Positions 32,013-42,186 are shown, counted from the stretch's first letter. The stretch is 64,000 nucleotides of DNA from Polyangiales bacterium (GCA_038231275.1 JBBRLQ010000020.1:1-64000), one strand, 5' to 3'. Notes: a model not told the origin generated them from the sequence alone. Numbers and translations: made by a program.

Positions 32013-33709
32013 CGCCACACCCGCGGCGTCACGTTGAGCGCGCGTGCGATCTTCGCGGCCCGCGCGTCATCTCCCTGCACCAGCCGAAATCGCCACACGA
32101 CCGCCTCGTCGCCGTGCGCGGTCTCGTCGAGGAACGTCACGTCCCCCGCCGACGCGGTGATCTTCGCCGCCGTGTGCACGGACGCCTGGTCCTTGACGAC
32201 GTACCAGCCGCCTCCGAGTCCCAACAGACCATCGGAGAGCGCGAGCTGAAAGTGCTCGAATTTCAGCCCATCCCTCTTCACGTGGACCGGCGCGTCCATG
32301 AGGCCGGGCGTGTACACGACGTCGCCCATCACGCCCGGGAACGTCACCGCGAAGCTCCCGTCGGCGTCCTTTCCGGCGGGCGCTCGCGCCACGATCTCGA
32401 AGTGCCCGTCCTCGACCTTGGTCGCGGTCACCGACGCGCCACGATCGCCGCCGTCGGCGGTGACCGCGATCGGCAAGGGGACACCGCCGCCAGGATCGGA
32501 CGGTGGCGATCCCGAAGCCGCCGATCCATCCGCCGCATCGATCCATGCGCCACCTGCGATGCCGAGCTGCGCCTTGCCCTTGCCGATCACCTCGCGCGCG
32601 ATGCGGAGCGCTTCGGTCGCGTGGGCGATGCCGTACTCGACCTCGCCGCGGAACGGGTTGATGCCGCTCGCGTCGCTCACCTCTCCAAGTGCGAGGAGCC
32701 GCCACGCGTCGCCTATCTCCGGCGCGACGAGGCCCGCCCGCTTCGCCAGCGCCTCGGCGATCGTGATCTCGCGCTGCGCGAGCGCTTGGAGAGAGCGCAC
32801 GTCGTTGTCGCGCTCGTCACGGAAGAAGACGCCACGCCCACCGAGCCACTTGTGGATCCCGTCGGTCGAATTCGGCTGCCACGTTCCATCGAGGAGCGGC
32901 GGCGCGACGGGCGGCGAGGCGAGGATCCCGCGCAGCGCCTTCACGTAGCTCGAGACGGTCGTGATCGCGTACCCGTTCGCCTCGAGGCGGGCGAGCTTCG
33001 TCTCGTAGTCGCGCACGGCCTTCGCCGATTTTACGAAAATCGATGGGAAATACGGGTTGATTCCTCCCGTCGCGAGCAGCTCGCCGTCGTCGACGAACGA
33101 CCAGGTGACGTCGACCGTGTCGGCGCCGATCGTCTTCTTGAGATCGCGCGACGTGATCATCGATCGATCGCCGAACGCGTAGAGAGGCTCGGGCTCGGCG
33201 TCTCCGAGCTCGTAGGAGAAGAGGTTCTTCGGCCACACGAGGACGTCCTGTCCGTTGGCCTTCATCGCCGCAGCCATCCCGACGCCGGCCTGCCCTTCCT
33301 GACAGAACACGGCACCCGAGCGCGGGACGTGGTTGTCGAGAAAGACGCTGGCGTTTCGCGCGGCGCTTCGATCGAACGCGGCGCGCGGGAACGCGAGGAA
33401 CAGCTGATCGGAGTAGTGGAAGCTCATGACCTCGAGCTGTCCGCGGCCGGTCAACGTCTGGAGCTTCGCGAGCACGCTGGGATGACGTGCCGCGATCACC
33501 TCCAGCATGTACCCCTGCATCTCGACGTCGTGCCCCCAGGCCGGGTGGGCCAGGAAGAGATCGAGGACCGGCTCGAAGCTCTCCACGATGATCTGATCTT
33601 CGACCTGCTCGGCGGTGCGATCGTCCGCGGGGACGCCGAAGCCGGTCATTCCGCCGGCGACGTACTGCACGTTGAAATGCAAGACCGCGAGGGCCACCTT
33701 CAGGTTCAT
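32009..33709 (-). CDS. Glycoside hydrolase family 57-like protein
   Basis: LHFNVQY, LEVMSFHYSDQ, FCQEG, DDGE, GTW, GEVSD resemble the conserved GH57 regions. Confidence 0.55.
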   Translation of the reverse strand: MNLKVALAVLHFNVQYVAGGMTGFGVPADDRTAEQVEDQIIVESFEPVLDLFLAHPAWGHDVEMQGYMLEVIAARHPSVLAKLQTLTGRGQLEVMSFHYSDQLFLAFPRAAFDRSAARNASVFLDNHVPRSGAVFCQEGQAGVGMAAAMKANGQDVLVWPKNLFSYELGDAEPEPLYAFGDRSMITSRDLKKTIGADTVDVTWSFVDDGELLATGGINPYFPSIFVKSAKAVRDYETKLARLEANGYAITTVSSYVKALRGILASPPVAPPLLDGTWQPNSTDGIHKWLGGRGVFFRDERDNDVRSLQALAQREITIAEALAKRAGLVAPEIGDAWRLLALGEVSDASGINPFRGEVEYGIAHATEALRIAREVIGKGKAQLGIAGGAWIDAADGSAASGSPPSDPGGGVPLPIAVTADGGDRGASVTATKVEDGHFEIVARAPAGKDADGSFAVTFPGVMGDVVYTPGLMDAPVHVKRDGLKFEHFQLALSDGLLGLGGGWYVVKDQASVHTAAKITASAGDVTFLDETAHGDEAVVWRFRLVQGDDARAAKIARALNVTPRVWR

Positions 33710-33802
33710 GGGCGGACGATACCTCGCGTCCGAGGACACCCACAAATCGTCCCGGACAGCCTCGGTGACGCAACTTCATCGAGAAATCGCGGACCGGCGA
33801 GC

Positions 33803-33818
33803 TGGCACGACGCTCGCT
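33803..33818 (+). promoter_or_regulatory. Sigma54-type -24/-12 promoter of the cytochrome c gene
   Basis: TGGCACGACGCTCGCT (GG-N10-GC), about 30 bp before the ATG. Confidence 0.65.
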
Positions 33819-33847
33819 CTCGGCCCTCCTCGAAGGAGTGCCCCGTC

Positions 33848-34648
33848 ATGGACCGTTCTCGTCTCGCCCTCGCCGCCCTCGTCGCCCTCGCGATCGTCGC
33901 CCTCTTCGCGTTGGCCACCTCTCTCGCCGCCTGCATGGGGACGGACGGCGGTCCGCCCTCCGGCGCCGGACCTGCGTTCGCCTCCGATGCATCGACCGAT
34001 GCCGATGGCGCAAAGGTCGACGCAGCGCCTCCGTCCGAGGACGACCGCGGCGAAGGATACGTGCACGCGCGCGGCTGCGTGAGGTGTCACCAGTCCACCG
34101 ACTCGGCCGACGGCGTCCTCTCGGGCAGCAGCACCCCACGCCCCGGCGCGCTCGCGTATCCGAAGAACCTGACGCCCGACTCGGAGACCGGGATCGGCGA
34201 CTGGAGCGATCGCCTCATTTTACGGGCGATCCGTGAAGGAGTCGACGCCGACGGCGCGCTCCTCTGCGCCACGATGCCGCGCTACGCCGAGATGGACGAC
34301 GACGAAGGGGCGGCGATCGTGGCGTACCTTCGTGCGCTCGCGCCGGTCCATCACGTCATTCCCGAGAGCAGGTGCGGCGGCGATCGCGGCGAGGCCGACG
34401 CAGGCGCGAACGACGCGGCGAGCGTCGACGCCGCGGCCGATGCGCCGGATTCTTCTGACGCCGGGAGCGATGCCGGGCACGACGCCGGCCCCGTGGTCTG
34501 CGTCGGCCTCGCCGGCCCCGGCACCAAGGCCTCGTGTCATGCGTGCGGCACGCGACCCTGCCAGGCCAACGGCTGCTACGGCGGCTGGGTCTGCGACACG
34601 CGCACCAACCTCTGCCAAACGTTCCCCATCGGGTGCACGGTCCTGTGA
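33848..34648 (+). CDS. Monoheme c-type cytochrome lipoprotein with Cys-rich tail
   Basis: Lipobox LAAC; CVRCH; NLTPD..TGIGDWS, IREG, MPRY (axial Met), AIVAYL. Confidence 0.85.
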   Translation: MDRSRLALAALVALAIVALFALATSLAACMGTDGGPPSGAGPAFASDASTDADGAKVDAAPPSEDDRGEGYVHARGCVRCHQSTDSADGVLSGSSTPRPGALAYPKNLTPDSETGIGDWSDRLILRAIREGVDADGALLCATMPRYAEMDDDEGAAIVAYLRALAPVHHVIPESRCGGDRGEADAGANDAASVDAAADAPDSSDAGSDAGHDAGPVVCVGLAGPGTKASCHACGTRPCQANGCYGGWVCDTRTNLCQTFPIGCTVL

Positions 34649-34651
34649 TCG

Positions 34652-35437
34652 TCAACCTCCGCTGATCACCCTCACGGTCGTCGGCACCGCGCGCTGCGGC
34701 GCTGCGACGCCGTAGTACGGAACGTCGACGACGACCGTGTATTTCCCGCCCCACAGCGGTCGCGGCGCCGTCTTGGGGACGATGCGATGGCCGGCGTCGT
34801 CCTCGAACGGCGGATACGGCGCGGGGATCGCCAGCGCGAGCCACACGAACGAGTGCGTGAGCGTCGCCTGCGGCGCGAGCACGATGCGGTAGAGGCGCGA
34901 GGGCGGAGGCGCCGCCGGCGGTACGAGGCGCAACTGGTCGACGTTGATCTCGCGCGCGTCGAGCGTCTTCATCGCGAAGCGCGCCTTGAAGCCTTCGGAC
35001 TGCACGCCCCGCGGCGGCGAGAGGCCGGTGAGGAGCGTCCAATCGTAGTGTGCGCCCGATCCCGGCGGCTCCCCTTCCAGGACGAGCACGACCGGTCGCT
35101 TTCCGGTATTCGCGATCGACAGGCGCAGGTTGATCTGCCCGCCGCCAATCGTCTCGCGCGCGTCGGGCGTGAGCGTCGCGACGAGGACGCGGAGCGACGC
35201 CAGCGTCTCTTGCGGATCGGCGCTCGGCACGATGCACGTCTCGTCAGACTCCACGCCCGCGATCGCACCCGCGCGACGGCAGCCGGGGCCGAGCCCGTCG
35301 TTCTGCTCGCTTTTGTCGGAGCGCGCGACCGAGCCAACGTCAGAGCCCGCGTCGGTGGCCCGCGCCTCCCGAGGCGGGTCGCACCCGAGGCCGGCCGCGA
35401 GGAAGATCGCCGCCCCGGCTCTTCCCCGCCGCGCCAA
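34652..35437 (-). CDS. Hypothetical lipoprotein
   Basis: Lipobox GLGC, DAG linker, Ig-like beta pattern; fills the gap. Confidence 0.6.
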   Translation of the reverse strand: MARRGRAGAAIFLAAGLGCDPPREARATDAGSDVGSVARSDKSEQNDGLGPGCRRAGAIAGVESDETCIVPSADPQETLASLRVLVATLTPDARETIGGGQINLRLSIANTGKRPVVLVLEGEPPGSGAHYDWTLLTGLSPPRGVQSEGFKARFAMKTLDAREINVDQLRLVPPAAPPPSRLYRIVLAPQATLTHSFVWLALAIPAPYPPFEDDAGHRIVPKTAPRPLWGGKYTVVVDVPYYGVAAPQRAVPTTVRVISGG

Positions 35438-35446
35438 CCCCCTCCC

Positions 35447-36121
35447 CTACTTTCCGCCGTAGAAGACGAAGCGGCCACCCAGGAGCGCGCCGTGTCGCTC
35501 GATCGAGCGCGAAGTGGTCACGTCGTATTCGAGCGCCGGCCCTGTCGCGAGGTGTCCGCCCAAGAGCTTCACGAGCGACCACTCGTAGAAGACCCCGGCG
35601 CCGATGAACGACTGCGCGCCATCTGCGTCGGGATAGTTCCCGGGGACCTTCACGTGGAGCGTCGTCGCGCCGATCCCGAGCTGCGTGAAGACGCCGAGAT
35701 CGGCAAGCGCCGGGACGAGGCGAAGAAGCGGGAAGGCCTCGACGCGAAATCCGCCGCCGCCGCCCGACGATCGCCACGTGGAGCTCTGGTACGTGCCGCC
35801 GCCGAACCACAGCCCGAAATTGACGTAGTCGGTGAGCGCGCCCATCACGAAGAAGGAGCCGCCGCTGCCCGTCATCAAATCGCTCGACGAGTAGAACGCG
35901 GGATCGCCTATTTTCGTCGCGCCGTTGGGATAGCCGCTCGATCCCGCGACGCCGAAGCCGCCGCTCATTCCGAGGACGACACCGGCGCGTCGATCGTTGG
36001 GCGCGTCGAGCGACGTCGCGGGCTCCTCGGCGGCGTTCGCGACGCGCGGCACGAGCGTTACCGCCGGCGCCACGGGTACGAGCACGACGATCGCGAGGCC
36101 GAGGAACCGCTTCACGTGCAC
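35447..36121 (-). CDS. Outer-membrane beta-barrel-like protein
   Basis: Signal peptide, alternating Gly/aromatic strands, C-terminal RFVFY. Confidence 0.6.
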   Translation of the reverse strand: MHVKRFLGLAIVVLVPVAPAVTLVPRVANAAEEPATSLDAPNDRRAGVVLGMSGGFGVAGSSGYPNGATKIGDPAFYSSSDLMTGSGGSFFVMGALTDYVNFGLWFGGGTYQSSTWRSSGGGGGFRVEAFPLLRLVPALADLGVFTQLGIGATTLHVKVPGNYPDADGAQSFIGAGVFYEWSLVKLLGGHLATGPALEYDVTTSRSIERHGALLGGRFVFYGGK

Positions 36122-36142
36122 GAGGTTACCGCAAAACCTCGC

Positions 36143-36580
36143 TCAGCCAACGGCCTTGCCGGCGAGCTCGACGCCCCCTTCGAGGCACATGAGGCGAACG
36201 CGCCCCGTCGACAGCGTCTTTCCGTCGGCGTCGGTGACGACGGCCTCCCACACCTGCGTGCGCCGGCCGCGCGTCACGGGGCGCGCCGTCACGCGAATGA
36301 GCCCTTCGCGCGCGGCGCGGATGAACGACGTCGCGTTCTCGAGCCCGACGACCGACATGCCGCGCGCCATCGCGTGAACGGCGGCGCCGGTCGAGCACGC
36401 GGCCTCGATGATCCCGCAATGGAGACCGCCGTGGACGATGCCGTACGGTTGGAGGTGCTGGGGGCCGACGGTCAGCTCACCGACGACGAGCTCCTCGGTG
36501 GCCGTCTTCAGGGTGAGGCCCATCGCCGTGTTCCAGCCGCCGAGCTGCTGGTTCAACATCGCCGCAAGGTCTTCGCTCAT
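36143..36580 (-). CDS. PaaI family (hotdog) thioesterase
   Basis: HLQPYGIVHGG, VVGLE...FIRA, GRRTQVW. Confidence 0.9.
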   Translation of the reverse strand: MSEDLAAMLNQQLGGWNTAMGLTLKTATEELVVGELTVGPQHLQPYGIVHGGLHCGIIEAACSTGAAVHAMARGMSVVGLENATSFIRAAREGLIRVTARPVTRGRRTQVWEAVVTDADGKTLSTGRVRLMCLEGGVELAGKAVG

Positions 36581-36650
36581 CGACGCCAACGTTAGCGCAT
36601 GCGCCCGCGAGGGTCGACGACGGCCTGTCGACGTTCTATACCGGGAAACC

Positions 36651-37907
36651 ATGACCGAACGGGATCCCGCGCTCCAGGCCTCCGATCCGGAAATTGCGAA
36701 GCTCATCGCCGACGAGAATCGCCGCGAGCACGAGACGATGCGCCTCATCGCGAGCGAGAACTACGCGTCGCGCGCGGTCATGGAGGCGACCGGCTCGGTC
36801 CTTACGAACAAGTACTCCGAGGGGTACGCGAAGAAGCGCTACTACGAGGGGCAGCAGGTCATCGACCAGGTCGAGGAGCTCGCGATCGCGCGCCTCAAGA
36901 AGCTCTTCGGCGCCGAGCACGTGAACGTGCAGCCGTACTCCGGTAGCCCCGCGAACCTCGCCGTGTACCTGGCGTTCTGTAAGGCGGGCGACACGATCAT
37001 GGGCCTCGGCCTCCCCGCCGGCGGTCACCTCACGCACGGCTGGCCGGTGTCGATCACCGGCAAATACTTCAAGAGCGTCCCCTACGGCGTGAAGAAGGAC
37101 GATCACCGCATCGACATGGACGAGGTGCGCAAGCTCGCCAAGGAGCACCAGCCCAAGCTCCTCTGGTGCGGCACCACCGCGTACCCGCGCACGATCGACT
37201 GGCAGGCGTTTCGCTCGATCGCCGACGAGATCGGCGCCGTCCTCGCCGCGGACATCGCGCACATCTCCGGGCTCGTGTGCGGCGGCGCCCACCCTTCGCC
37301 GGTCGGCATCGCGGATGTCGTCACGTCGACGACCCACAAGACGTTCCGCGGCCCGCGCGGCGGGATGATCTTCTGCAAGGCGCAGCACGCGTCGGCCATC
37401 GACAAGGCCGTTTTCCCGGGCCTCCAGGGCGGTCCGCACAACCACACGACCGCCGGCATCGCCGTCGCCGCGAACGAGGCGCTCCAGCCGAGCTTCAAGA
37501 CGTACGCGCAGGCCATCGTCGACAACGCGCGCACGCTCGCGACCGAGCTCACGGCGCGTGACTTCAAGCTCACGACCGGCGGAACCGACAACCACTTGAT
37601 GGTCGTCGATCTCACGAACAAGAACGTGTCCGGCAAGATCGCCGCGCAGGCGCTCGACAAGGCCGGCATCGTGCTCAACTACAACTCCGTCCCCTTCGAC
37701 CCGCGAAAGCCGTTCGACCCGTCGGGCGTGCGCCTCGGCACCCCCGCCGTCACGTCGCGCGGAATGGGCAAGGACGAGATGAAGAAGCTCGCCGACTGGA
37801 TGGACCGCGTCGTCAAAGCGCCCACCGACGACGCGCAGCTCGCCAAGATCGCCGGCGAAGTGCGTGAGGTCTGCGCGCGCTTCCCCGCCCCCGGCTTGCG
37901 CATCTGA
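36651..37907 (+). CDS. glyA: Serine hydroxymethyltransferase
   Basis: LIASEN, NKYSEGY, NVQPYSGS, GGHLTHG, TTHKTFRGPRGG, FPGLQGGP, GGTDNH. Confidence 0.98.
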   Translation: MTERDPALQASDPEIAKLIADENRREHETMRLIASENYASRAVMEATGSVLTNKYSEGYAKKRYYEGQQVIDQVEELAIARLKKLFGAEHVNVQPYSGSPANLAVYLAFCKAGDTIMGLGLPAGGHLTHGWPVSITGKYFKSVPYGVKKDDHRIDMDEVRKLAKEHQPKLLWCGTTAYPRTIDWQAFRSIADEIGAVLAADIAHISGLVCGGAHPSPVGIADVVTSTTHKTFRGPRGGMIFCKAQHASAIDKAVFPGLQGGPHNHTTAGIAVAANEALQPSFKTYAQAIVDNARTLATELTARDFKLTTGGTDNHLMVVDLTNKNVSGKIAAQALDKAGIVLNYNSVPFDPRKPFDPSGVRLGTPAVTSRGMGKDEMKKLADWMDRVVKAPTDDAQLAKIAGEVREVCARFPAPGLRI

Positions 37908-37909
37908 TC

Positions 37910-38893
37910 GTGCACCGAGCCCGCGAACGGCTCGTCGCGACGCTGCTCACGCTGCTCCTCGGCGCACTCGCGGTGGGCTGCCCGGGCCGCCCGCCCGCGC
38001 CTCCGCGCCCGCCCGCGCCGAAGCCCGCGCCGCCACCGCCGATCCCCGACGAGGAAGACTTCGTCCCGCCCCACGTCGAATTCGAGCCAAAATGGCGGGG
38101 CGCGAGCTTCGCGCCGTACCTCGTTCCGAAGATCGATTTCGCGAAGACGGGCGGCGCGGTCGACGTGATGTTCCAGTTCCACGCCGGAATGATGAGCGAG
38201 AAGGACTGGCGCGCCGCGGGTCTGCCGGCCGTCGTGATCAGCGCGGCGTTCGGAATGGGCAGCGGTCCCTACGAGGAGGCGCTCCGCGATCCCGCGCGCT
38301 TCGGCCGATGGATCGACGAGGTCCTCGGCAAGCTCGGACGCTCCGTCGGCACCTCCCTCCACTTGCGGCGCCTCGGCGTCGTCTCCTTCTCGGCCGGCTT
38401 CGGCGCGGTCGGCAAGCTCCTCCGCCAGGGCTACGCCGACAAGCTCGACGCGCTCATCCTCCTCGACAGCATCCACACGCCGTACACGAAGGAGAAGAAG
38501 CCCGACGTGCACGGCCTCGCTCCGTTCATCGAGTTCGCGGCGCTGGCGAAGGACAAGAAGAAGGTGTTCGTCATGACGCACTCGTCGATTCGCCCGTACG
38601 ACTACGCGAGCAGCACGGAGTCCGCGCTCGCCGTCCTCGACGCGGTCGGCGTGACCACGACGCCATTGTCGGGCAAGAACGCGCACGGCATGGAGCAGAC
38701 GTACCGCGCCGACGCAGGCGCCTTGCACGCGTTCGGCTTCAAGGGCGAGGCGGCGAAGGATCACATGGATCACCTCGGCCTCGTCGCCGACATGGTACGA
38801 ACGTACGTCGCGAAGAGGTGGGCGCGCATGGACGCCGTCGACCAACGAAGCGCCGACGCAAACCTCGACACGGAAGGAAGAGACCCTCGATGA
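37910..38893 (+). CDS. Lipoprotein, alpha/beta-hydrolase-like
   Basis: Lipobox AVGC; FHAG, VVSFSAG elbow, ILLDS, terminal DH. Confidence 0.6.
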   Translation: MHRARERLVATLLTLLLGALAVGCPGRPPAPPRPPAPKPAPPPPIPDEEDFVPPHVEFEPKWRGASFAPYLVPKIDFAKTGGAVDVMFQFHAGMMSEKDWRAAGLPAVVISAAFGMGSGPYEEALRDPARFGRWIDEVLGKLGRSVGTSLHLRRLGVVSFSAGFGAVGKLLRQGYADKLDALILLDSIHTPYTKEKKPDVHGLAPFIEFAALAKDKKKVFVMTHSSIRPYDYASSTESALAVLDAVGVTTTPLSGKNAHGMEQTYRADAGALHAFGFKGEAAKDHMDHLGLVADMVRTYVAKRWARMDAVDQRSADANLDTEGRDPR

Positions 38894-39447
38894 GCCAACC
38901 GCCGAACTATCCGTATCCGCCGGGAACGCAGGGGCAACCGAAGAAGGGCGGGATGGGGATCGTCGCGATCATCCTGCTCGTGGTGCTCGGCGCCGTGGTG
39001 GTCATCGGGGGCATCCTCGCGGTGCTCGCGATCTACGGCACGCGCAAATACATCAGCGCGGCGAAGCAGACCGAGGCCAGGTCCGCGCTCTCGCAAATCG
39101 GATCGCTCTCGAAGGCGGCGTTCGCGCGCGACGGTAAGATCTGCCCCTCGGCCAGCAAGCCCGTCCCGTTCGCCGGCGTCCCGAAGGCGGCGAAGTACCA
39201 GTCGATGCCCGCGGACTGGGAGGCCGACAAGGCGGCGAACGCCGGCTTTGCGTGCCTCGGCTTCGAGATGTCGATGCCGCAGTACTACCAGTACGACTAC
39301 AAGGCGACGGCGACCGGCTTCACGGCGACGGCGCGCGGCGATCTCGACGGCGACGGCGTCACGAGCGAGCTCTCGCTCGAAGGCAAGATCGTCAGCGGCA
39401 ACCTCGAGGTGGCGCCGGTGCTCAAGGAGACGAACGCGGCCGAGTGA
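38890..39447 (+). CDS. Type IV pilin-like protein with atypical N-terminus
   Basis: GILAVLAI...KY...AKQTEAR..L..I helix and TATARGDLDGDG C-terminal motif. Confidence 0.7.
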   Translation: MSQPPNYPYPPGTQGQPKKGGMGIVAIILLVVLGAVVVIGGILAVLAIYGTRKYISAAKQTEARSALSQIGSLSKAAFARDGKICPSASKPVPFAGVPKAAKYQSMPADWEADKAANAGFACLGFEMSMPQYYQYDYKATATGFTATARGDLDGDGVTSELSLEGKIVSGNLEVAPVLKETNAAE

Positions 39448-39489
39448 CACGCCACCACGCCGGTCTCGGCGCTCGGCGGTTCTTGGTGC

Positions 39490-39843
39490 TCAGCGCCGCT
39501 TGATGAACTTCCCGCGCGCTTCGGGGTGCTCGTTCTCGAAGGCTTGCAGGCTCTCCTGGGTGATCTCCACCTCGAGGTCGCCGTCCTTCTCGATCTTGGA
39601 CTGACACCCGAGGCGCGACGAGGCGCGCACGTCGAAGGCCTTGTCGAGGATGTCGTTCTCCTCGTCTTCCATCTCGCTCAAGAGCTCCGAGCCTTTGTGC
39701 ACGTAGACGTGGCACGTCGAGCACGCGCAGACGCCGCCGCACGCGTAGCCCTCCGGCGCGCCGACTTTTTGCGCGGCCTCGAGGATCGACGAGCCGACGG
39801 GAGCCTCGGCCTCGCCGTAGCCGATGAACTTGATGCGCGCCAT
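39490..39843 (-). CDS. fdx: ISC-type [2Fe-2S] ferredoxin
   Basis: ACGGVCACSTCHVYV, SRLGCQ; last gene of the isc operon. Confidence 0.93.
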   Translation of the reverse strand: MARIKFIGYGEAEAPVGSSILEAAQKVGAPEGYACGGVCACSTCHVYVHKGSELLSEMEDEENDILDKAFDVRASSRLGCQSKIEKDGDLEVEITQESLQAFENEHPEARGKFIKRR

Positions 39844-41672
39844 CAGCCCGACACCTCGGTCGCGACGTCGTCGACCTTGCGACCTTCGAACGCCTTGGCG
39901 ATCGCGCGGTTCATGCGGCGCGTCGCGAACTCTTTGCTCGCGAGATCGAGCGCCTCGATGGCCGAGTGCATCTTCGCAGGCTCCGCGCCGCGCGCCGCTT
40001 CTTCCGCGTCGCGAATGGCGGCCTCGATGTGTGCGCGCTCGCCCGCCACGAGGAGGGCCTGGTCGGTGTCGATCGCCTTCTTGGTCGCGGCGACGATGCG
40101 GTGCGCTTCCATGCGTTCCTCGGCGACGCGGCGCGCGAGGAGGTCCTCTTCGCCGTGGTCGAGGGCGTCCATGAGCATCTTCTCCACCGCCTCGTCGTCG
40201 AGACCGTAGGACGGTTTCACGGCGACGGTCTGCTCGATGCCGGTCGTCACCTCTTTGGCGTGCACGGAGAGGAGGCCGTCGGCGTCGACCTTGAGCTCCA
40301 CTTCGAGCTTGGCCATCCCGGCGGCCATCGGCGGGATGCCCTTCAGCGTGAAACGGGCGAGGCTGCGGCAATCGGCCACTAGCTCACGCTCGCCCTGCAC
40401 GACGTGGATCTCGAAGCCGGTCTGCTTGTCCTCTTGCGTCGTGTAGGTTGCGCGCGCGCCGGTGGGGATGGTCGTGTTGCGCGGGAGGATCTTGTCGACG
40501 ATGCCGCCGCCGACCTCGATGCCCAGCGAGAGCGGGAGCACGTCGAGGAGGAGCACGTCGTCGTTCGAGCTGCCCGCGAGCAAATCCGCTTGTACGGCAG
40601 CGCCGAGCGCGACGACCTTGTCGGGATCGATGTCGGCGAGCGGAGCCTTGCCGAAGAGCTTCTCTACATAGGCGCGCACCGCCGGCACGCGCGTCGAGCC
40701 GCCGACGAGGATGACGCCATCGAGCTGCGCAGGCTTGATTCCAGCGTCTTTCAGCGCACGACGGCACGCTACGCCGGTGCGCTCGAGGAGCGGGTGCACA
40801 AGCTCATCGAAGCGGGCGCGCGTGAGCGTCACGCCCTCCACCTCGACCGCCTGCGCGCCAGTGAGCGTGTGCTTCATCTGGCGTGCGAGATCGAGCGCCG
40901 CGCGGATCTCGGAGGGCGAGCCCCCCTTCGCCCCGAGCACTTGCTCGGCCACCGCGCGATCCATGTCGTCCCCACCGAGCGCGCTGTCGCCACCCGTCGA
41001 CTTCACCTGAAAGACGCCGTCCTCGAGGAGGAGGATCGTCACGTCGAACGTCCCTCCGCCGAGATCGTAGACGCAGAAGAGGCCGTTCTTCTTCTTCTCG
41101 AGCCCGTACGCGAGCGCCGCGGCCGTCGGCTCGTTCAGGAGACGGAGCACGTCGAGGCCGGCGAGGCGCCCGGCGTCTTTGGTGGCCTGGCGCTGCGCGT
41201 CGTCGAAATACGCGGGCACCGTGATGACGACACCGCCGACGTTCGTGAGCTCGTCCTCCGCCCGGCGCTTCAGGGCGCGCAGAATGTCCGCGCTCACCTC
41301 GACCGGCGTGACGTCGCGCCCTCGCACCCGAAAGCGCACGACGTTGGGCTCGCCCGGCTTCGTCTCCGCGAACTCGTACGGCCCCAGGCGCCGCGTCTCC
41401 GGATCGTCGGCGCCGCGGCCCATGAAGCGCTTCACGCTGACGATCGTCTCACGCGGCTCCATCGCGGCGCGCGCAGCGGCGAGTCGTCCGACGGTCACCT
41501 CTCCCTTGGGCCCGTAGTTGACGACGCTCGGCACCAAGAAGTCCTGATCGCAGTCGGCGATCGCGGATGGGTGCTCGTTCTGGACGAACGCGACGAGCGA
41601 GTTGGTGGTGCCCAGATCGATGCCGATCGGCTTCGGGGGGGCCTTGGGGTCATAGATCTCAAGCAGCGCCAT
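39843..41672 (-). CDS. hscA: Fe-S assembly Hsp70 chaperone
   Basis: MALLEI start, GIDLGTTNS, TVPAYFDDAQRQAT, DLGGGTFD; isc context. Confidence 0.95.
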   Translation of the reverse strand: MALLEIYDPKAPPKPIGIDLGTTNSLVAFVQNEHPSAIADCDQDFLVPSVVNYGPKGEVTVGRLAAARAAMEPRETIVSVKRFMGRGADDPETRRLGPYEFAETKPGEPNVVRFRVRGRDVTPVEVSADILRALKRRAEDELTNVGGVVITVPAYFDDAQRQATKDAGRLAGLDVLRLLNEPTAAALAYGLEKKKNGLFCVYDLGGGTFDVTILLLEDGVFQVKSTGGDSALGGDDMDRAVAEQVLGAKGGSPSEIRAALDLARQMKHTLTGAQAVEVEGVTLTRARFDELVHPLLERTGVACRRALKDAGIKPAQLDGVILVGGSTRVPAVRAYVEKLFGKAPLADIDPDKVVALGAAVQADLLAGSSNDDVLLLDVLPLSLGIEVGGGIVDKILPRNTTIPTGARATYTTQEDKQTGFEIHVVQGERELVADCRSLARFTLKGIPPMAAGMAKLEVELKVDADGLLSVHAKEVTTGIEQTVAVKPSYGLDDEAVEKMLMDALDHGEEDLLARRVAEERMEAHRIVAATKKAIDTDQALLVAGERAHIEAAIRDAEEAARGAEPAKMHSAIEALDLASKEFATRRMNRAIAKAFEGRKVDDVATEVSG

Positions 41673-42186
41673 TTACAATCTCGTCCTCGATGGCGCTCAC
41701 CTCGTCGAGGAAGCGCCGATAAAACCTGAGCTCGCCCAGCTTCTGGACGAGCGACGTGTCGGCTCCCTTTCGGAAGCCCTCCGACAGCGCGCGATCCGCT
41801 TCCTCGACGCGCGCCTCGATCGCCCGCGCGAGCGCGTTCACGCGATTCATGTCGCGCGCCGCCTTTGCCTCGGCGAGCGCCTCGCGTTGATCCATCATGT
41901 CCATCAAGAGCGCCGCCGACGGCTTCGGCTCCGCGCGCTCGCCCACGGCGATCCCCGCGAGCTCGAACAGCGCCTCCGCGCGCTTCACCGGATCGCGCAC
42001 GATGCGCCAGGCCTCGTTGACCTCCACCGCCTTGGACAGCGCCATGCGACGCTCCCCTGCCCCGCTCCCCACGAACTTGTCGGGATGGAGCGTGCGTGAC
42101 AGCTCGCGGTGCGTCTTCTCGAGCGACGCGAGATTCACGTCGAACGAAGCGCCGAGTCCCAACACCGCGAAGGGGTTCACGGTCAC
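41659..42186 (-). CDS. hscB: Fe-S assembly co-chaperone
   Basis: J domain HPD, NEAW...DPVKRA, LMDMMDQRE, ELRFY. Confidence 0.93.
   Translation of the reverse strand: MTVNPFAVLGLGASFDVNLASLEKTHRELSRTLHPDKFVGSGAGERRMALSKAVEVNEAWRIVRDPVKRAEALFELAGIAVGERAEPKPSAALLMDMMDQREALAEAKAARDMNRVNALARAIEARVEEADRALSEGFRKGADTSLVQKLGELRFYRRFLDEVSAIEDEIVNGAA

Noticed and set aside
36581..36650. Possible ZTP or glycine riboswitch upstream of glyA
   Set aside because: Only 70 bp, shared with a divergent gene; only a short GTCGAC hairpin and no riboswitch consensus
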